Source of the DNA: Schmidtea polychroa
Lineage: Eukaryota
Length of the DNA: 64,000 nt
Assembly (NCBI GenBank): GCA_044892525.1
Contig: CM097885.1
Location: 8,000,001-8,064,000, forward strand
Direction: 5' to 3'
In this document: piece by piece, positions 44,100-59,234 of the stretch
Numbering within the stretch: position 1 is the first letter of the stretch
Layout: each line of letters begins with the position of its first letter
Notes under the pieces: generated by a model
Databases searched by the model: none
Told to the model about the DNA's origin: nothing
What the model saw: only the letters and a program-made list of their open reading frames with translations
Made by a program: the position numbers and the translations under genes

Positions 44100-44990
44100 A
44101 GAGAAGAAAATGAAAATTTACTACACCTAATTTTCTCATATCCAAAAGCCTTGATTGATGTTTGAAGCGTTTTCTTGGTCTCCTCATCCTTCGGAAGGAA
44201 TTCTTCTGGATTCGAATGCTCTACTTGCTCTTTCGTGGTTCTGTGTAGGGGCATGATGTGTTTAACAATAAGATTGAGAAACATTAAAATAATTAGCAAC
44301 TGCATAAGGTTTAGCACTAAATAAACACAAATAACATGATTAATATAAATTTAACTTTATGGTGACGAACAAAATAGGAATTAGGAATAATATATTTGTT
44401 AAAATAATAGAAAAATAAAATTAGAAATATAAAAAGAAATAAAATGTTTAGAGAAATGGTCAAAGAATAATCAAAAAATTGATCATCACTCCAATTCACA
44501 TTGCTTTTCCTAGTGAGGCAGTCAAAGGATACTATTTATCTCTGTTTCAAAGTCTCATCAGAAACATCAACAGTTTTTTCCTGAAACTCGACTTTGAAGG
44601 AGACATTGGAGTGAAATCGTTGTGGAAATATCTTACAACATTGACTTTTGTGTCAGTAACTGAAATCAGACTTGTGTTTGACACTCTAGAAGCGACATAT
44701 TCAAATGAAAAATGCACAAGTTTCAATTTACTTCTAGATATATTTATTAGGTATATTGAGGGTGCTGCAGTGTGGGACACACAATTTCTAATCAGACTGC
44801 TGTGAGGAATTTGACAATGCACTGAACTCATTCTTCTACAGAAGCCATGCAAGTGTCTGATATTTAATGAATTTAAAACACAAGAGGTGAAAAGGCATGA
44901 ACTTCTTCGTGAGCAAGTTGCTAAAGTGATTCAAGAATATTGAAATGAGGAGAAGAAGCTGAAACCTTTGCGTAAGACAGCTAATTTGCA
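44100..44990 (+). pseudogene. MULE/Mutator transposase relic
   Basis: IAFPSEAVKGYY..QSLIRNI (FP----GC-FH--Q-L-R), LTFVSVTEIRLVFDTL, LLDIFIRYIEG and SHASV.YL (HP-IW) fragments. Confidence 0.7.
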
Positions 44991-45373
44991 ATGAGGAAAT
45001 GGTCGAAATAAGTGATTTTCTCAAATGAAATAAAGTTTCAGTTAAACTTTTTTGAATATTGTTTTTGAATTTAATTTCACTTTTTACATTTGTTGTAAAA
45101 TGTTTTTATCATTTTGTGTTAAATTAATTTTTTGCTACAATTACAGTAAAATGTTATTTTATAGCAATTTAATTCATTTCTAACTGGTATAAATTAAACT
45201 GGATGTGCTAAAATTGTTCTGGTCACAATATCAGAATTATCATACAAAATTTATTATTATTTATAAGAAATTAAAATATTAAAAATTAAATATTATATTA
45301 AGTAATTAAAATATATTTGTTTATCTATACACATTAATTTTACTTTTCCGAAATTCAAAAATCAAATTCAAGC

Positions 45374-45469
45374 ATGTTCAACAAAATCATTGGAGTTCCT
45401 GAAGAAATCGATTCATCAGAATTAGCTGCTAAAGTTGAAGAAACCGAAATCAACAGAATTCATAAATAA
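45374..45469 (+). CDS. Putative 31-aa acidic peptide related to the ORF at 59872
   Basis: ATCAAATTCAAGC-ATG leader; MFNKIIGVPEEIDSSELAAKVEETEINRIHK*. Confidence 0.35.
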   Translation: MFNKIIGVPEEIDSSELAAKVEETEINRIHK

Positions 45470-45589
45470 ATTTTAGATTGTAATATCAAATTATATTATA
45501 TTACAACCATATTATAAATATTATTATTCACCAAAAATTACAGACATTAAAAAATATTATTTCCATAATATTTCAGTTATAACGAATAT

Positions 45590-45760
45590 AATTACTCTCT
45601 ATATTAACTTCGCTGATGTATGTTTGTATGTGTCACGCAAATTTTGTGAGGTCAAATTGAACTTCTATCCGTGATCGGATTGAGCTGAAATTTGACAAGT
45701 AGATTCATATAAACTGGATGCTATCAAAATTCTACATCGATCCGATCATGGAAAATGGGT
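45590..45760 (+). mobile_element. Helitron/Helentron-like non-autonomous repeat fragment
   Basis: GTATGTTTGTATGTGTCAC microsatellite followed by CGGATTGAGCTGAAATTTG, the layout of DINE-1/HINE-like elements. Confidence 0.4.
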
Positions 45761-46806
45761 TAATTTAATATGTTAATATTGATATCGTATTAAAAAGATA
45801 ACGTAATTATATCTAAAATATGTTGAAATTAAGAGAAAGTTGATTTTTTATTTCAATTAAAAATAGATGTTTATAAAAAAATGTTTTTAAATCTGATTGG
45901 TCATTACGAATTGATAGATATTATATTAATTATTTGATCATTTTTTATTTCTTTCTAAACCTTTTTAGGCATATATTAATTTTCATTATTTAATTTTTCA
46001 TTATTTATTTTATAAAACATAAATGTTAACGTATTTATTAAACAGGGAAATTCTAATTGTTTTGCTTTCGAGAAATAATATACGCCATGGGTGGCAAGGA
46101 GTTTCATGGAATTTTATAAGTATACTTACTTTTTCTGTTATATATTTAGTGAGATTTTCTCTAATAAAAAAACACCGAAAAGTAGTTTATAAAAGAAATT
46201 ACAAAAAAAAATATTATGACGTTTTTGTTCCAATAAAATTTTTATCAATTTATACAAAAATTAGAAAACTTTTTCCTCACAAATTTTATAAAAACAATTT
46301 ATTTCATTCAAAAATAGATACTGAAATGAGATTTAATCAAATCAGATGATAAATTTGTTTTAATTATTTCGTTTTGGATTTTGGAAATAAATTAAAAAAT
46401 ATTTAAACTTCTTTTGATTTATTGGCAAAATTAAATTTTGTTTTAATTTCAATATTTTTCCGTGTGGAAGAAATAATTAATGCCCATTCATTTTTCAAAA
46501 GGCTTTTGGCAATATTTTACATGAATTAAAACAACGAATGTAAAATAGATTGTTGTTTTTATTGAAATAGAAATTTTAATTCCAATTTAATTTTAAATAT
46601 TCTGTAATTGAGTTCTTCATTGTTATATATTTGTTCAGTTTATCTATTTTCATCACTGTAAAACAGGATAAAAATTATTTCTTTTTATTCAAGCAAAAAC
46701 TTATAATAGTCATTTAGTTTTGAAAAAGATAAAAATATTTTGCTAATAAATATAATGCATATTAACAATAAATATATAAATAATTATAATTATAAATATT
46801 TCGAAG

Positions 46807-46837
<31 letters not shown>

Positions 46838-46840
46838 TTA

Positions 46841-47615
46841 TGTCGAACCCATATCTTACGCACGCCCATATCTTACGCAAAAAGAAAAAAATTACTAATA
46901 CAAATTTATAGATTGTCTATCGGCACAGCCAATAAAAAGATGGATTGACATTCATGATGAAATTGTCTTTAAATATAATACAACATGGCATAGAGCAATC
47001 AACACGACACCAATGAATGCTTTTAGAGGAAGACAAAGAAGCGAAATGAGAGAAAACTTATTGTTGGAAAATATTAATAATGAAAATTCACTTTTAGTTG
47101 AATCAGATGAATATACTGATCTAGTTGGGGATTTAAACACCAATAATAATGGCAATAGCAATGAAAATGAAAGCATTAATGCTGAATCAAATAGTGAAAT
47201 TATTCGAGAAAGCCTGGTTGACCAAAATTATCGAAACAGATATACCAGAAGAATGGTGAGTGATGCAGATGTTCACTATCATTCTATTACTTTTAATCCT
47301 GGAGAGCGTGTCTTGGTTAAGAAATCTTTTGATGCAAACACAGAAACAAGAAAAAGAAAAATGGAAGATTTTTATGAAGAAGGAAGTTGGATAATAATAG
47401 AAAGAGTTGGAAACGAGTCTTTTAGATTAAAATCGGATTTGAATGAAGAAAATCACATGGTGGTTTGTAAAAATAGGCTGAAAAAGATAATTTAGAAAAA
47501 CAATAATTAAATTTCATTGCTTTAATTGCTTTTTATATAATATTTTGGTGTTTTTATTGCTTTTTGTTTCTTTGTGTAGAATAAAAAAATTTTTGCGTAA
47601 GATATGGGTTCGACA
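46841..47615 (+). mobile_element. Ginger-like (Gypsy-integrase-related) DNA transposon deletion derivative
   Basis: 22-bp perfect TIRs TGTCGAACCCATATCTTACGCA and a 5-bp TSD TTTTA, with an internal integrase C-terminus. Confidence 0.88.
46914..47495 (+). CDS. Integrase-like transposase C-terminal exon
   Basis: Open frame after TTTATAG: RWIDIHDEIVFKYNTTWHRAINTTPMNAFRGR (integrase W---L--V---YN---H-----TP) and FNPGERVLVK...YEEGSWII (GPY/F-like module). Confidence 0.8.
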   Translation, partial: CLSAQPIKRWIDIHDEIVFKYNTTWHRAINTTPMNAFRGRQRSEMRENLLLENINNENSLLVESDEYTDLVGDLNTNNNGNSNENESINAESNSEIIRESLVDQNYRNRYTRRMVSDADVHYHSITFNPGERVLVKKSFDANTETRKRKMEDFYEEGSWIIIERVGNESFRLKSDLNEENHMVVCKNRLKKII

Positions 47616-47847
47616 TTTTATACATGAAATAATGTTTTAATAATATATTATAAAATTATAGTCATTGTTCGCTCGTTGGTATCTTTTCTTTAGTGATTTT
47701 TGCTATTAACCAACATTTTTATTGCATTATGTCACTAGAGTCTTAGACAGAGAGAACTAGATATTGATGTAAGTAGTTATAATACACACCTGAGAAAATG
47801 TGACTGATATTATACTATTTTCATTAACTTCTTCCTCATTTGTAAAA

Positions 47848-47943
<96 letters not shown>

Positions 47944-47945
47944 TT
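47848..47945. repeat. (TTA)n microsatellite
   Basis: Directly visible. Confidence 0.9.
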
Positions 47946-50900
47946 ATTAATATTGATTTAAATTTTTCTCTAAATATAATATATTTATGAATTTATAGTT
48001 GATAATATAGTCGAAATTTTTTCATTAAATACATTATTCGCAGGAAAAGGCTTTAATTATCACTTAATTGTTTTATATATTTATCATAATTTTATTATTA
48101 AATTTTAACTGTTTGTATATTTTTTTCATTTCGACATGGTCCTGGCTCACAAACGCTCTTAAATAATTAGGTAAATGTAAATATTATAGAAAATATAATT
48201 AGTATTGCATGATAATTTTATAATAAATTATAATATTATAAGAACTTCTTTTGATTTTCACCTTTGACTTCTTTTCAATGGACATTAAATTTATTAAAAA
48301 CTTGACTATAAATCATTGAAGATATTGATGTTTTTTTGATATTCACGAATTTCATAGTCAATTTTTTAATAAATAAATTATAGTGTGAAATTATTTCTAG
48401 TTTTTTATTTTATTTTTATTGTCATTCTAAATCATTTCTAAATTATGTTTTTTCTTCAAATCCAAATATAAAATAATTATAAGTAATAAATTTGATTAAA
48501 AAATTTAATATTAACTGGAAAATTGTTTAAATGAAGTTTAATTATATTTATTTAAAAATTCCAAATTTGGTCATTGTTGTACAAATCAAACCAGATGTTA
48601 AATATTCTTAAATTTAAAAAAAATTTCCCTTAATTATCAAAAAATTATTTATATATTATTTAGTAATTATGAAAGATATTTTATAATCTTCGATAGACAT
48701 TGCTATCTTAATGCCTTTGATTTGTCTACTGATCTTGATAAACAACTCTAAATGTTTAACTTGTTTATTTGGTTCAATATCTGTTTTGTAAAATTGAGCA
48801 ATATCTGAATCATGAAGGAAAATATTATTGGAAATTTTTCACAATGATTTTGACATTTGTGGTTAATAAAGGTCCTTGGATCAAAAAATTTCGTGAAAAG
48901 ATATGACAAGAAAGGTTATTTAGTTTAGGTTGCTTTCTATTTCCTAACCTTAACCTTTTGTAAGGCCAGCCAATAATTGAGTTTATTAAAACAAAATAAT
49001 TGTTAATAATTTATAATTAAATTATATGAACCATTTATTTTGAAGGTGGCACAATTTGTTGTTATAACGAGATATTTAAAGATTTGAGTTTTAGTAAATT
49101 TAGAAATATTGATAATCTCTAGCAGTCAACTTTTGTGTAATTTTGTAATTATAGACTTTTTTATAGATTGAAATAAAAGTGACTTTTTGATATATGACGG
49201 CATAAAAACTTTCACATTTTTAATATAAATTTAATTTTGAATATTGAAAGAAAAATGCGTACTATATCGTGATAATATCGCTTGAAGTTCAAGGACATCA
49301 AAGACATCAATCATACTTAAACATTTATCCAATGAAATTTAAACATGCTTACATAATGATATCGCTAAGTTATCATCGACATTTATCCACAAAGATTTAA
49401 TCTATTAAAGACTATTGCTGTGATTCTCAACATGTGCACCACGAGAAATTTAGATAATATTTAAAATTGCTGGAGTTTTTAAAGAAAATTTAAAATAAAT
49501 ATTTGTTGAGAGATTTGTTTTGTTTTCTTTCCATTTTTCAAAGGGAGAAATTCATCAATAAAAATTAATAAGAATTACATTTACATACAACTTTTATGCC
49601 ATAAATATTTTGAAGTTTTTCAAGGTGTATTGTGAAAATATTTGTGCTGCAAACTTTGTAGGTTTCATAGGTGACGTTAAGAGATACAACTGTTTGACAT
49701 TTATTCAAGCAAACTTATGTTATCAGTAGAAAGGTTTTTCCTTCGATCACGGGTTGTTTAAAAGATTATTTTCGTGAGTTTTTTTATAATGTATTTATTG
49801 CGCACAAACAAATTGGATGAATTTTAATTATTTTATTGATATCCATGAAATCAAAAAGAATTCTTGTTATCGACACAAATGACTTCGAATAAACAAAAAA
49901 AAACAAAAAATTTATTGAAATAAAGTCGATCAGCGATAATCATGACAACATTTCTTTGTAACCAAATCATGCAATTAAAAATAAAAAGAAATACTTCAAA
50001 AATATGCAAACAACACAAATTAAACTTGAAAGTCGAAAATATCTAAAATGATTTAATTTTGATTGGTTTAAAATGTTTTATAATTATCTGGTAGAATTCC
50101 AAATCTGTTCAATCGTATTTTTAAACATTTTGAACAATTTTTATTAATTTTATTTTACAATGTTATTTATTGATAAAATATAAGATGTGATTAATATTAT
50201 TTTTAATTTTTTAATTAATTTATTTTAATTTTTTTAATTAGTGATTTTTTTATATAATTGAAATTATACTATTGGGTGGATCCTTATAATTTTTGTTTAT
50301 TATTGCCTTGTTTTACGAATATTTTTTGATTAATGAATGTAGGATATTGTTGTGAGTTTGCCATAACTAGGAAAACCTTCGATAACAAGATTCAGTAAAA
50401 ACAGCATAAATAACGTTCCGGTAATTTGAATGACAATTACGTCATTTGATGATGAATTTTTAGAATATTCGATAATTTTGCTGTAGAATCTTATCAAATA
50501 TGTAATTGTGTCTGTGAATTAATATACAGAAATAAACTGACATGCGGGATGAAATGTGCGCCGTCTGATTTCTGTTTGGACAATAGCAAGAAACAGTGCT
50601 GTGATTGAACAATCATATGATAGCAAATAAAGGCCTTCTCTTTCCAATTCAAGAGCCAAAAAAATTACTGAAATCATTGTAACTTGTGAACTCAATTTAA
50701 ACATTTGAAAAATATCCAATAGCATTCGAATAATAGGATGATAATTGTCAAATTCAAAAAATCTGAAATGTGGAAAAGAAAATTAGAAAACTCATTTTGA
50801 GAAATTCAATTTCGACAAAGCTTAGTAAATTATAAAATTTCAAAATAACAAAATTACTAAAGCTATATTTAAAAAACTACCACAATATATATACAATATT

Positions 50901-51479
50901 TAAACAAACAATTTTTTTAATTCAAACATGAATTAATTATAAATATTTCTTTTTATTAAATATTTAATTTTTTACAAAAAACCACCCATGGAAAATCACT
51001 ACATATATCTTGTTACTCAGATTATATCATTGTTTATTTACATGAAGAGTTCCGAGCGGAACTAATCCGAAATAGGAGCTAGTAAATGGCTTTTGGTTTT
51101 GTTTAAACTGATTCTTTGAACAGAATATTTTCACAGGTGATGATATTGTTTATTTTTAGTTTCAGTTTTCGAAACCCTTATACCTCTCTGAATGATTACT
51201 TGTTATTTTTCTTTTTTTGATGTTTTAAGCGTATTTTTTTTTCTCTTAATATATTTTTGGCTTTATTTGATGTTGTTTTACTCATTTCTTTATTAAACTA
51301 ATTGTCTGTCTTTTCTTCATTTTTTTTTAGTAAATAAAAATGATTTATTTTGCTAAGTTTAATTCTTTTCTGAGCTTTATATTTGTAGAACCTAAAGAAA
51401 GGATATATTTTTACTATTAATGTAAAATTATTATGTCTTTTTGAATATTGTACTTGATAAGTATGTTATAGCATTAATG

Positions 51480-52538
51480 CATAAAGTTTTGTGGGGTCAC
51501 ATATTATATTGGTTGTACACCGAGTTGCATTTGGTAAAAACCATCTATAAAATAAAAAAATAATTAATAAATTATATTGTAAAAAACATACAAACTCACT
51601 TAGGCGCTGAAAATTTATTACACCTAGTTTCAAAGAATAAAAGTTATGATAATCTAGAAAAAAATCAATAAAGATTTAAAAGTTTAATGAATAAAATATT
51701 TTATATAGAAGTTGAGAAAGTGGTAGAAAAAATTAATTTAACACACAAACACAGCACACATAGTAGAAACTACATGTAAACTTTTGATACATATATTTTG
51801 AATCAATAAAAACTGCTTTAATTTTTTTTAATTTTAAGTAAATTTTAAAGCTTGAATTTTGATTTTATATAGATCATTATTCAAGCTCTTAAATGTTACT
51901 TTATTCAACATTTATATTATAATTTATTTTTAATTACTTTTCTGTTTTTTAGGAATGAATTTAATGAAGTTTGGATTTATTTCTATATAATGGAGGTTAA
52001 ATATATTTTTAACTATAATTTATTAAAGAAAGTAATCACCACAATCCTTTGAAAGTTTTTCCAATTTTTTGAATCTGTAAATGATGGAATCAAATTGCCG
52101 GTGGTTCTCCTCAGTAATCTTCGAAAATTATGGGAACTTTCGTCATTTCCCATGGCAATAATTATTCGGATTTTGTCATGTTCTGAAGTTTTGTCAAAAT
52201 ATAATTTTTTTAAATTATTAAAATTTATTACTTTTTATTACTCCCGAAATGGAAAAAGGTATAAGCAGACACTAATTCATCTTTTTCTTCTAGCGTAGAA
52301 CGGCCTATTTGACTATATCAAATGGTTGTCATTTATTCACAAAAAGGTAGTGCTTTAAGAGAAATATCTGAAATTCTATAGGAATATTAAATTTATGATA
52401 ATGAATAAAAGTTATTAGCATATAGTTAACATATTACTGATTTCAATTTATCAAAAAGCATGGTGGAAAATATTTTTTACCTAGATTCAGCGAACTCTAC
52501 TTTGAGATGGAGAGAAAATGATGAAAAAACTTCATAAG

Positions 52539-52540
<2 letters not shown>
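51480..52540. mobile_element. Scrambled ITm-family fragments in both orientations
   Basis: Family blocks ACACACAAACACAGCACACATA (+), GATCATTATTCAAGCTCTTAAAT (-) and the transposase start (+, ~52460). Confidence 0.6.
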
Positions 52541-52625
<85 letters not shown>

Positions 52626-53492
52626 TATTGATTATGAATCAGTAAAGATATCGATGTCTTTTTTATTTTGATATTCACGAATTTTCGGCACAGCCTACTT
52701 GAAGTGATTTTTTAATCATAAGTTCATTTTTTAGTTAGATTAATTATAAAATATTTATAATTTCAAAGAAAAAATATCTAAATCCAAATTTGAAAGATTG
52801 GAATTTTTATTATGAGTGAAATTGTTATTGTAATTAGTTCAACTGTCATACGAAATTCTTTTTACGAAATTTTACTAACGTAATTTTGAAATTAAATCAA
52901 AATTTCGGTTAACTTAATAACATTTTGATTTACGAAATTTTTTCATACATTATTTAACTTTTTGAATTTATTTCGACTTACGAACAACTTTTAGTGAACG
53001 AAGAGGGAGATAGTTTTAATTAGTTCAACTGCCATATGAGATGTGCAAATAATAACATGAAATCTATATCAAATAAATTAATAATAATGATTAATTAATT
53101 ATGATTTTAATCATTTGAGAAAGACTACCGAAAATTTGTGAATATCAAAATAAAAATAACATCGATATCTTTGCTGATTCAAAGTCAATGTTTTAATAAA
53201 AATGATGTCAACTGAAAAGAAATCAGCGGTGAAAATCAAAAGTAGTTTTTATAAACTTAAATAAATTAAATAAAATATTTAGAAAGAACCTAAATAGCGC
53301 AATTATTTTGGAACGTTGGAAATATATTCTTCTAAAATAATTTTTTATATTCAAATCAAAGTAGATAGTTAGAAATATCCTGAGTTTGATAAAAAGTCCA
53401 TACAATAATTTGTAAGTACTAATTATTCATTTTTTGTATGTAAATATTGCCTACTAGCATGATAAAATTTTTATATTTTCCAACATTATGTA

Positions 53493-54190
53493 CACCTGTT
53501 TGCAATGAATAGACATATCTATAATGTTTAAAAAAATCAATAAGTTTATATTATATAAACACACAAACTTACCTGTGTGTTGATATTTAGCGTTGCATTG
53601 AATAAACGCTTTTAATGTAAAAAGTGAAAACGTGATAGAAAAAATAAACTGAACACACAAACACAACACATAGTAAAAATGCATGTGAAATTTCTATATG
53701 TATAATCGTTATAATGAATAGACGCACTATAATAAATTATTTACAGAAATTTTTATAAAACATTGTTGGAAAAGACTTTTGATGAAAGTTCCGAAAACTC
53801 AACTTTGAGTTGTAGAGATAATGATGACATAATTTTGTAAGATATATCTTTAATTTTTAATAAATTCAATAGGTTTAGTGTTTCACATTTTCTTGAAATG
53901 TCTTTATCAATTTTGCCGTACAATGTTGATGTTGGGAAAAAACTAGAAAATCGTAAATTTTATTAACTTAAATTTAAAAATTAATATTTCTATAGAATTT
54001 TTCCCTAAATATAATAAAAAACCAGATGTCTTTGGAGATTAATAAATTATATTACTTTAAAAATAATAGAACTCACGTTGTATCGAAATAAATCCAAGTT
54101 TTATATTAATAAATACCTAAAAAATTGATGAGTCATGATGAGTCATCTATGATTGTTGTACACACTAACCTTTATTATAGATGCGTTTAT
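53493..54190 (+). mobile_element. ITm-family copy (uninterrupted relative of 11382-13568)
   Basis: TA-CACCTGTTTGCAATGAATA start; collinear with the outer copy. Confidence 0.8.
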
Positions 54191-57100
54191 TAGAAAAATA
54201 TTATTATTGTATTAGAAAATGTATTAGAAAAATTAAAGAAAAAATTTTAAAATGCACTTCTTTTGCCTTTGGTTATGAGAAGCTCCAGAACGATTGATAA
54301 TATACAGAATATATCTTTCTTGAAGGTTTATTTTAATTGCTCCCGGGTTGATATTTATACATCGAAATCCAATAAGCCTTATTTGGTTATTATACATTTG
54401 GGACATTTTATTATCGCTAGTTATTCCTCAATTTTCGAAAATAGCAAAATTTATAATTAAAATTTATTTTGCAGCTATGAAAAATGAATTTTAAATGAAA
54501 TTAGTTGTCGTAGAAATTACAACAGTTGTAGAATAAAATTTCTTTTAGCAATTATTGCTGAAAAATTTAACTGATTTTAGTAGCGAAAATGGAGTTTGAA
54601 TTTGCACTTTAAATAAGGAAAGAAGTTAAAGCAGATAAAAGTCACAAAAAAGTTCGAGCTCGGTTGTTAACGTTTTACAGGTTTAAAATTTTATATATTT
54701 ATTATATTGTTTTAATTAAATGGAAAAAAACATTTAACTTTAATCGTGAGTTCATTTTTTGCTTAGATGTTGATTATTTTTAAACAATTATAACATTAAA
54801 GGAATTTTTTTTGAAGTGTTTTATATCAAGTAAAAAATTAATTATAAAATATTTATAATTTCAAAGAAAAATATCTAAATCCAATTTTAAAAGATTGCAA
54901 TTTTTATTATGAGTGAAATTGTTATTGTAATTAGTTCAACTGTCATACGAGATTTGCAAATAGTAACATGAAATCTATGTCAAATAAATTAATAATAATG
55001 ATTAATTAATATTGATTTTAATTTTCTAATTATAAATTATAAATAAAATAATTAAAAATAAAAATATAATATTTGCAATGAGAGAGGCACAAGACTGCTC
55101 CAGGAGAGAAGTGACAATGCGAAGAAATAAAATGGGTAGAAAGGCTCGAGAAGGTGCATCAGTATATGGGAAAAGCACAAAAAAGGTAAATGGAGGAAAT
55201 CGATAAAAGATTCATAAATTAGAATTAAAGTCTGGAAAATTGGTCATGGGGGGAACAGGTAGTGAGGAATAACATAGTGATAACGGAATTTTCAGAAAGT
55301 GTTAGGAAAAGTGTGAAAAGGTGCGTAAAAGATGAAAAACAAGAAAATGAAATTAATTAATTAGCTAGTAAAGAGAAATTCGGAGTTGGGTAAACAAAAA
55401 GAAAAGTAAACAGAAGAAAGATTTAGGCCCATTAACTTGTCACATTGATTAATGGGAGAAGACCAAGGAAAAGATAGTACGTGCAGAAAGACAAGGGCGG
55501 GCCATTAATTATCTTTGTTCGTCGGACCATTCTGGGTGACAGCCGAAGCAGATATGTGGAGTCGAATGTCAGGAGAGAGATTGGCTCGACAATAACTATT
55601 TTTCATTTTGATTTCGGAGAGTATATAAGGAAGGAGAAAATCAGATCAAACCGGCATTTAGCCTCATCTAGGAATTCGAAGAAATCGAGAGTAGGAAAAG
55701 GGAAAAGACAAATTAGGAAGTTTAGGGAAAAAAGAAAAGATAGAATTTGGAGATACTTAAAAAGTAAAAAAGAATTAAATCGAATAGAAAAAGAAAGAGT
55801 GGGTCAAAAGAAGCTAGGGAATAAAAAGGTGAACATTATCTTTTGTCAAGGCATCAGCACCTAGTGAAGGATCGGTCAAACTCATAAAATTTTGGTTATT
55901 GATTATTTTGTGTCGAGAGAAATATATTTTTGTAATTCAAATATACTTTGAGTAGTTTGTTAGTGGTGATTTTCAATTAAAGGGACATGTTGAGTCAGAG
56001 GTTACCGACTTGAATTAATAAAACCCAACAATATATTGATGTATTAAGTTATATTTTACTTAAAATAAAGATTTACATAAATTTCTTTCGTGCTATTTAA
56101 AATCAGGCTTATTTTTATGTGGAATTGTAATATTTTGTTTTATATATATTTTCATAAAAGTATTTGCATTGTTGCAGCAGGTCCTCAATACTAAAATTCC
56201 AGACAAATAAAAATTTTAATTTATTTCAAATTCCACTTTCGACATATTCCATTTCTCACTCCCTCCTCTTTCTGGACTCCTTGAAAACGGAGCAAATCCA
56301 ACAAGGTTAAATGTTCTTTCATCCATTCGTTTGACGGTATAATTGTGCAATAATCGTTAAAAATGTGCTGAATCCGATCTGCCTGCATTTTTTCACTGTG
56401 ATTTGCACTTAATTTTTTTGACATTTTCCACCAAGTATTACTCGTTAATTGGAAAATGACAAATAAGTAATAAAGAAAGAAATATGTACCAATTTTGATT
56501 TTCAGTTTAAATGGGATGTGGAGGATTTTTCTGACATGAAATTGGAAGCGCAAACAGTTTTTCCTGTTTTTGTTTATTCATTGTGAATAGCCTCTTGGAT
56601 AATTTTAATAGAAATCAAATCGGATATTATGTATTAGACTGAATGTGAATGTTGTTTTAATGTAGATAAATTAAAACTTTTATATAGGTTGTTAGGGTGA
56701 TTGTTAATAAATTTTTGACACCATCTTAAAACAAAATTTTATAGGACTATTAAAAGCTTTCGCTGTAAAGAGGAATTACGTATAAACCTATATGTATCAA
56801 AGAATATTTTTCAATATTCAAAGCGTTCCTTTGGAATACTTTATTTTTCTAATTACCTTTTATAATAAATACAATGTCAATTGAAAAGAAATCAATGGTG
56901 AAATTGAAAAAACTTCTTATAATATCTTTTTATATCTAATCTCATTTAAAATGATAAAATTTTAAAAACTCTGTAATAATTATAATAATTATTATATATT
57001 TCTACATTCACCCTCTGTAGTAAATCATATAGTGGAAATATTTGAAATTTGTTTTACGTGAAATTTGTTTTAATCATTGAAAGCGTTTGAATGCTTATAT

Positions 57101-57490
57101 AACTTTTTTTATAATACCTGTTTTGTTTAAAATAATTGATATTTTTGAGCATTTTGTAGATTTTTTTGCTCAAATATATATTTTAACAATTTAAAAAAAC
57201 ATTAAAAATTGTAGTTTATAATAATAATATTTATAATCTCTCTATATATAAAAAAAGCTAAGGGTACCCTCCATCTGAATTAAACTTTTTATTCTTTTTT
57301 TTCTTTTTTTTGTACTTATCGTTCTGTATTACTTTGAAACGGTTTATGCTATTATCTTTTAACATAGTTATGTAAACATATTAATAAACTGAATCTTACT
57401 CCTGTCCAAGAATACCCTGGATATTAACTTTAACATTAACCCCACATTCTAACGGGGTTGGTGAAGCGAAGTGAACAGGGCAGAGCCCCT

Positions 57491-57741
<251 letters not shown>

Positions 57742-58404
57742 AACAGCGATAGAATGAGTACTAGTGCTATAATAAAGTCAAATATTTTATTATTTTGAAT
57801 AATTTTATTGACATTTTAAATTTTTTAATTACACTTTTTAACTATTGATTTGAAAAAACATCACGAAAATTACTGGCAAATTTCTACGATAAATTACTTT
57901 GTAAACAAAAATTAGAGAAATTTAAAACTTTATTGAAAAATAAATAAATAATATTTGTCGTAACATTATTATTAAAATAAGTTATGAAAATTATCTCAAA
58001 TGAAAACTGAGTAAATCGAATGAGAATTCCTAGACTGAACTGATAAGGGGAAAATGATTATATCTTGTAATGGATCTACATTGTAATAACGTTGTTCTCT
58101 AAGATTCAGCTCCCATTTTAGAAAATTTGTTTATTTTATCTAAATATTCATCAAGAAATAAATAAATCATCTTTTATTTATATGAATGATTATACCATTT
58201 TTAAGTTGAGTTTGCAATAAACAAACAATTTGTATGTTACATTCAAGCAAAGATTTTATTGGTTTGATAGAAAATACACAAACGCGCGATTACCTCAAAA
58301 TTGTGTGTTTGTTTGCAATTTAGATAAATATGTATATATCTGGATGTATTAATTCCACTAACATTTGTACATTCTTCAAATAATGTACATATATTCTTGC
58401 TTTG

Positions 58405-59234
58405 TATAGAATAAAAGCCTCTGCAATATTAAAAAATCAATAAACTGATATTATAAAAACACAAAAACTGTGTGTTGAATTTTAATATTTTTTGGAATTA
58501 AAGCATAGAATTTGAGAAAGAAGACGAAAATATAAATTTAACACACAAACACAATATCTAGTAAAATATACATATAAACTTTCAATATGTATTAATGTTA
58601 TATGGAATAAAATCAGTTAAAATTTCTATTTTTTGAAGAAATAATGATAGATAAAAATTTTAAATTTTGTGCCGAAAACTCTACTGAATTTAATTTTTCA
58701 ATTCTAGAGTTTTCGAGAAAATCAAGAAATAAAATAGTGAATGATGAAAATGAATTCCATTTTAAACGGTTATCATGAATACCAAAAAGTTTATATAGTT
58801 CTATAATGTACAAATTTGAAGAGATAAACTTTAAAATTTCAATATAAAGACATTAAAACATTATTTGATGAATATCAGCCATTTTGTCTCAAAATGCATA
58901 AATAAAATGAAAATAAGTAACGAATAATTTAATAACATCAAACTTAAGTTAAAAATTATTAAAAATTAATGAAAATAATTAATAAAAAAATTTAAAAAAA
59001 TTTAAAAAAAATAATAAAAATTAAAAAAATAATAAAAATTAATGAAAATAAAATGAAAATAAGTAACGAATAATTTAATAACATCAAACTTAAGTGAAAA
59101 ATTATTAAAAATTACAAAAATCCAAATTTTGTCAATTCATAATCTGAAAAAAATATTTGTCAGAAATAATGATTCATTTATTGGTGTACATACAAACTTG
59201 TATTATAAATGCTTTTATTCCATGCAAACGGGTG
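58405..59234 (+). mobile_element. ITm-family copy
   Basis: Family left-end block and right terminus TGCAAACGGGTG-TA. Confidence 0.7.

Noticed and set aside
50340..50780. Possible exons of a second host gene (also 56220-56660, 26200-26760)
   Set aside because: Higher-complexity sequence but no convincing spliced frame or motif; may be regulatory.
55481..55864. 127-aa basic ORF
   Set aside because: Lys/Arg richness follows from the purine skew; GTG start and no recognisable domain.
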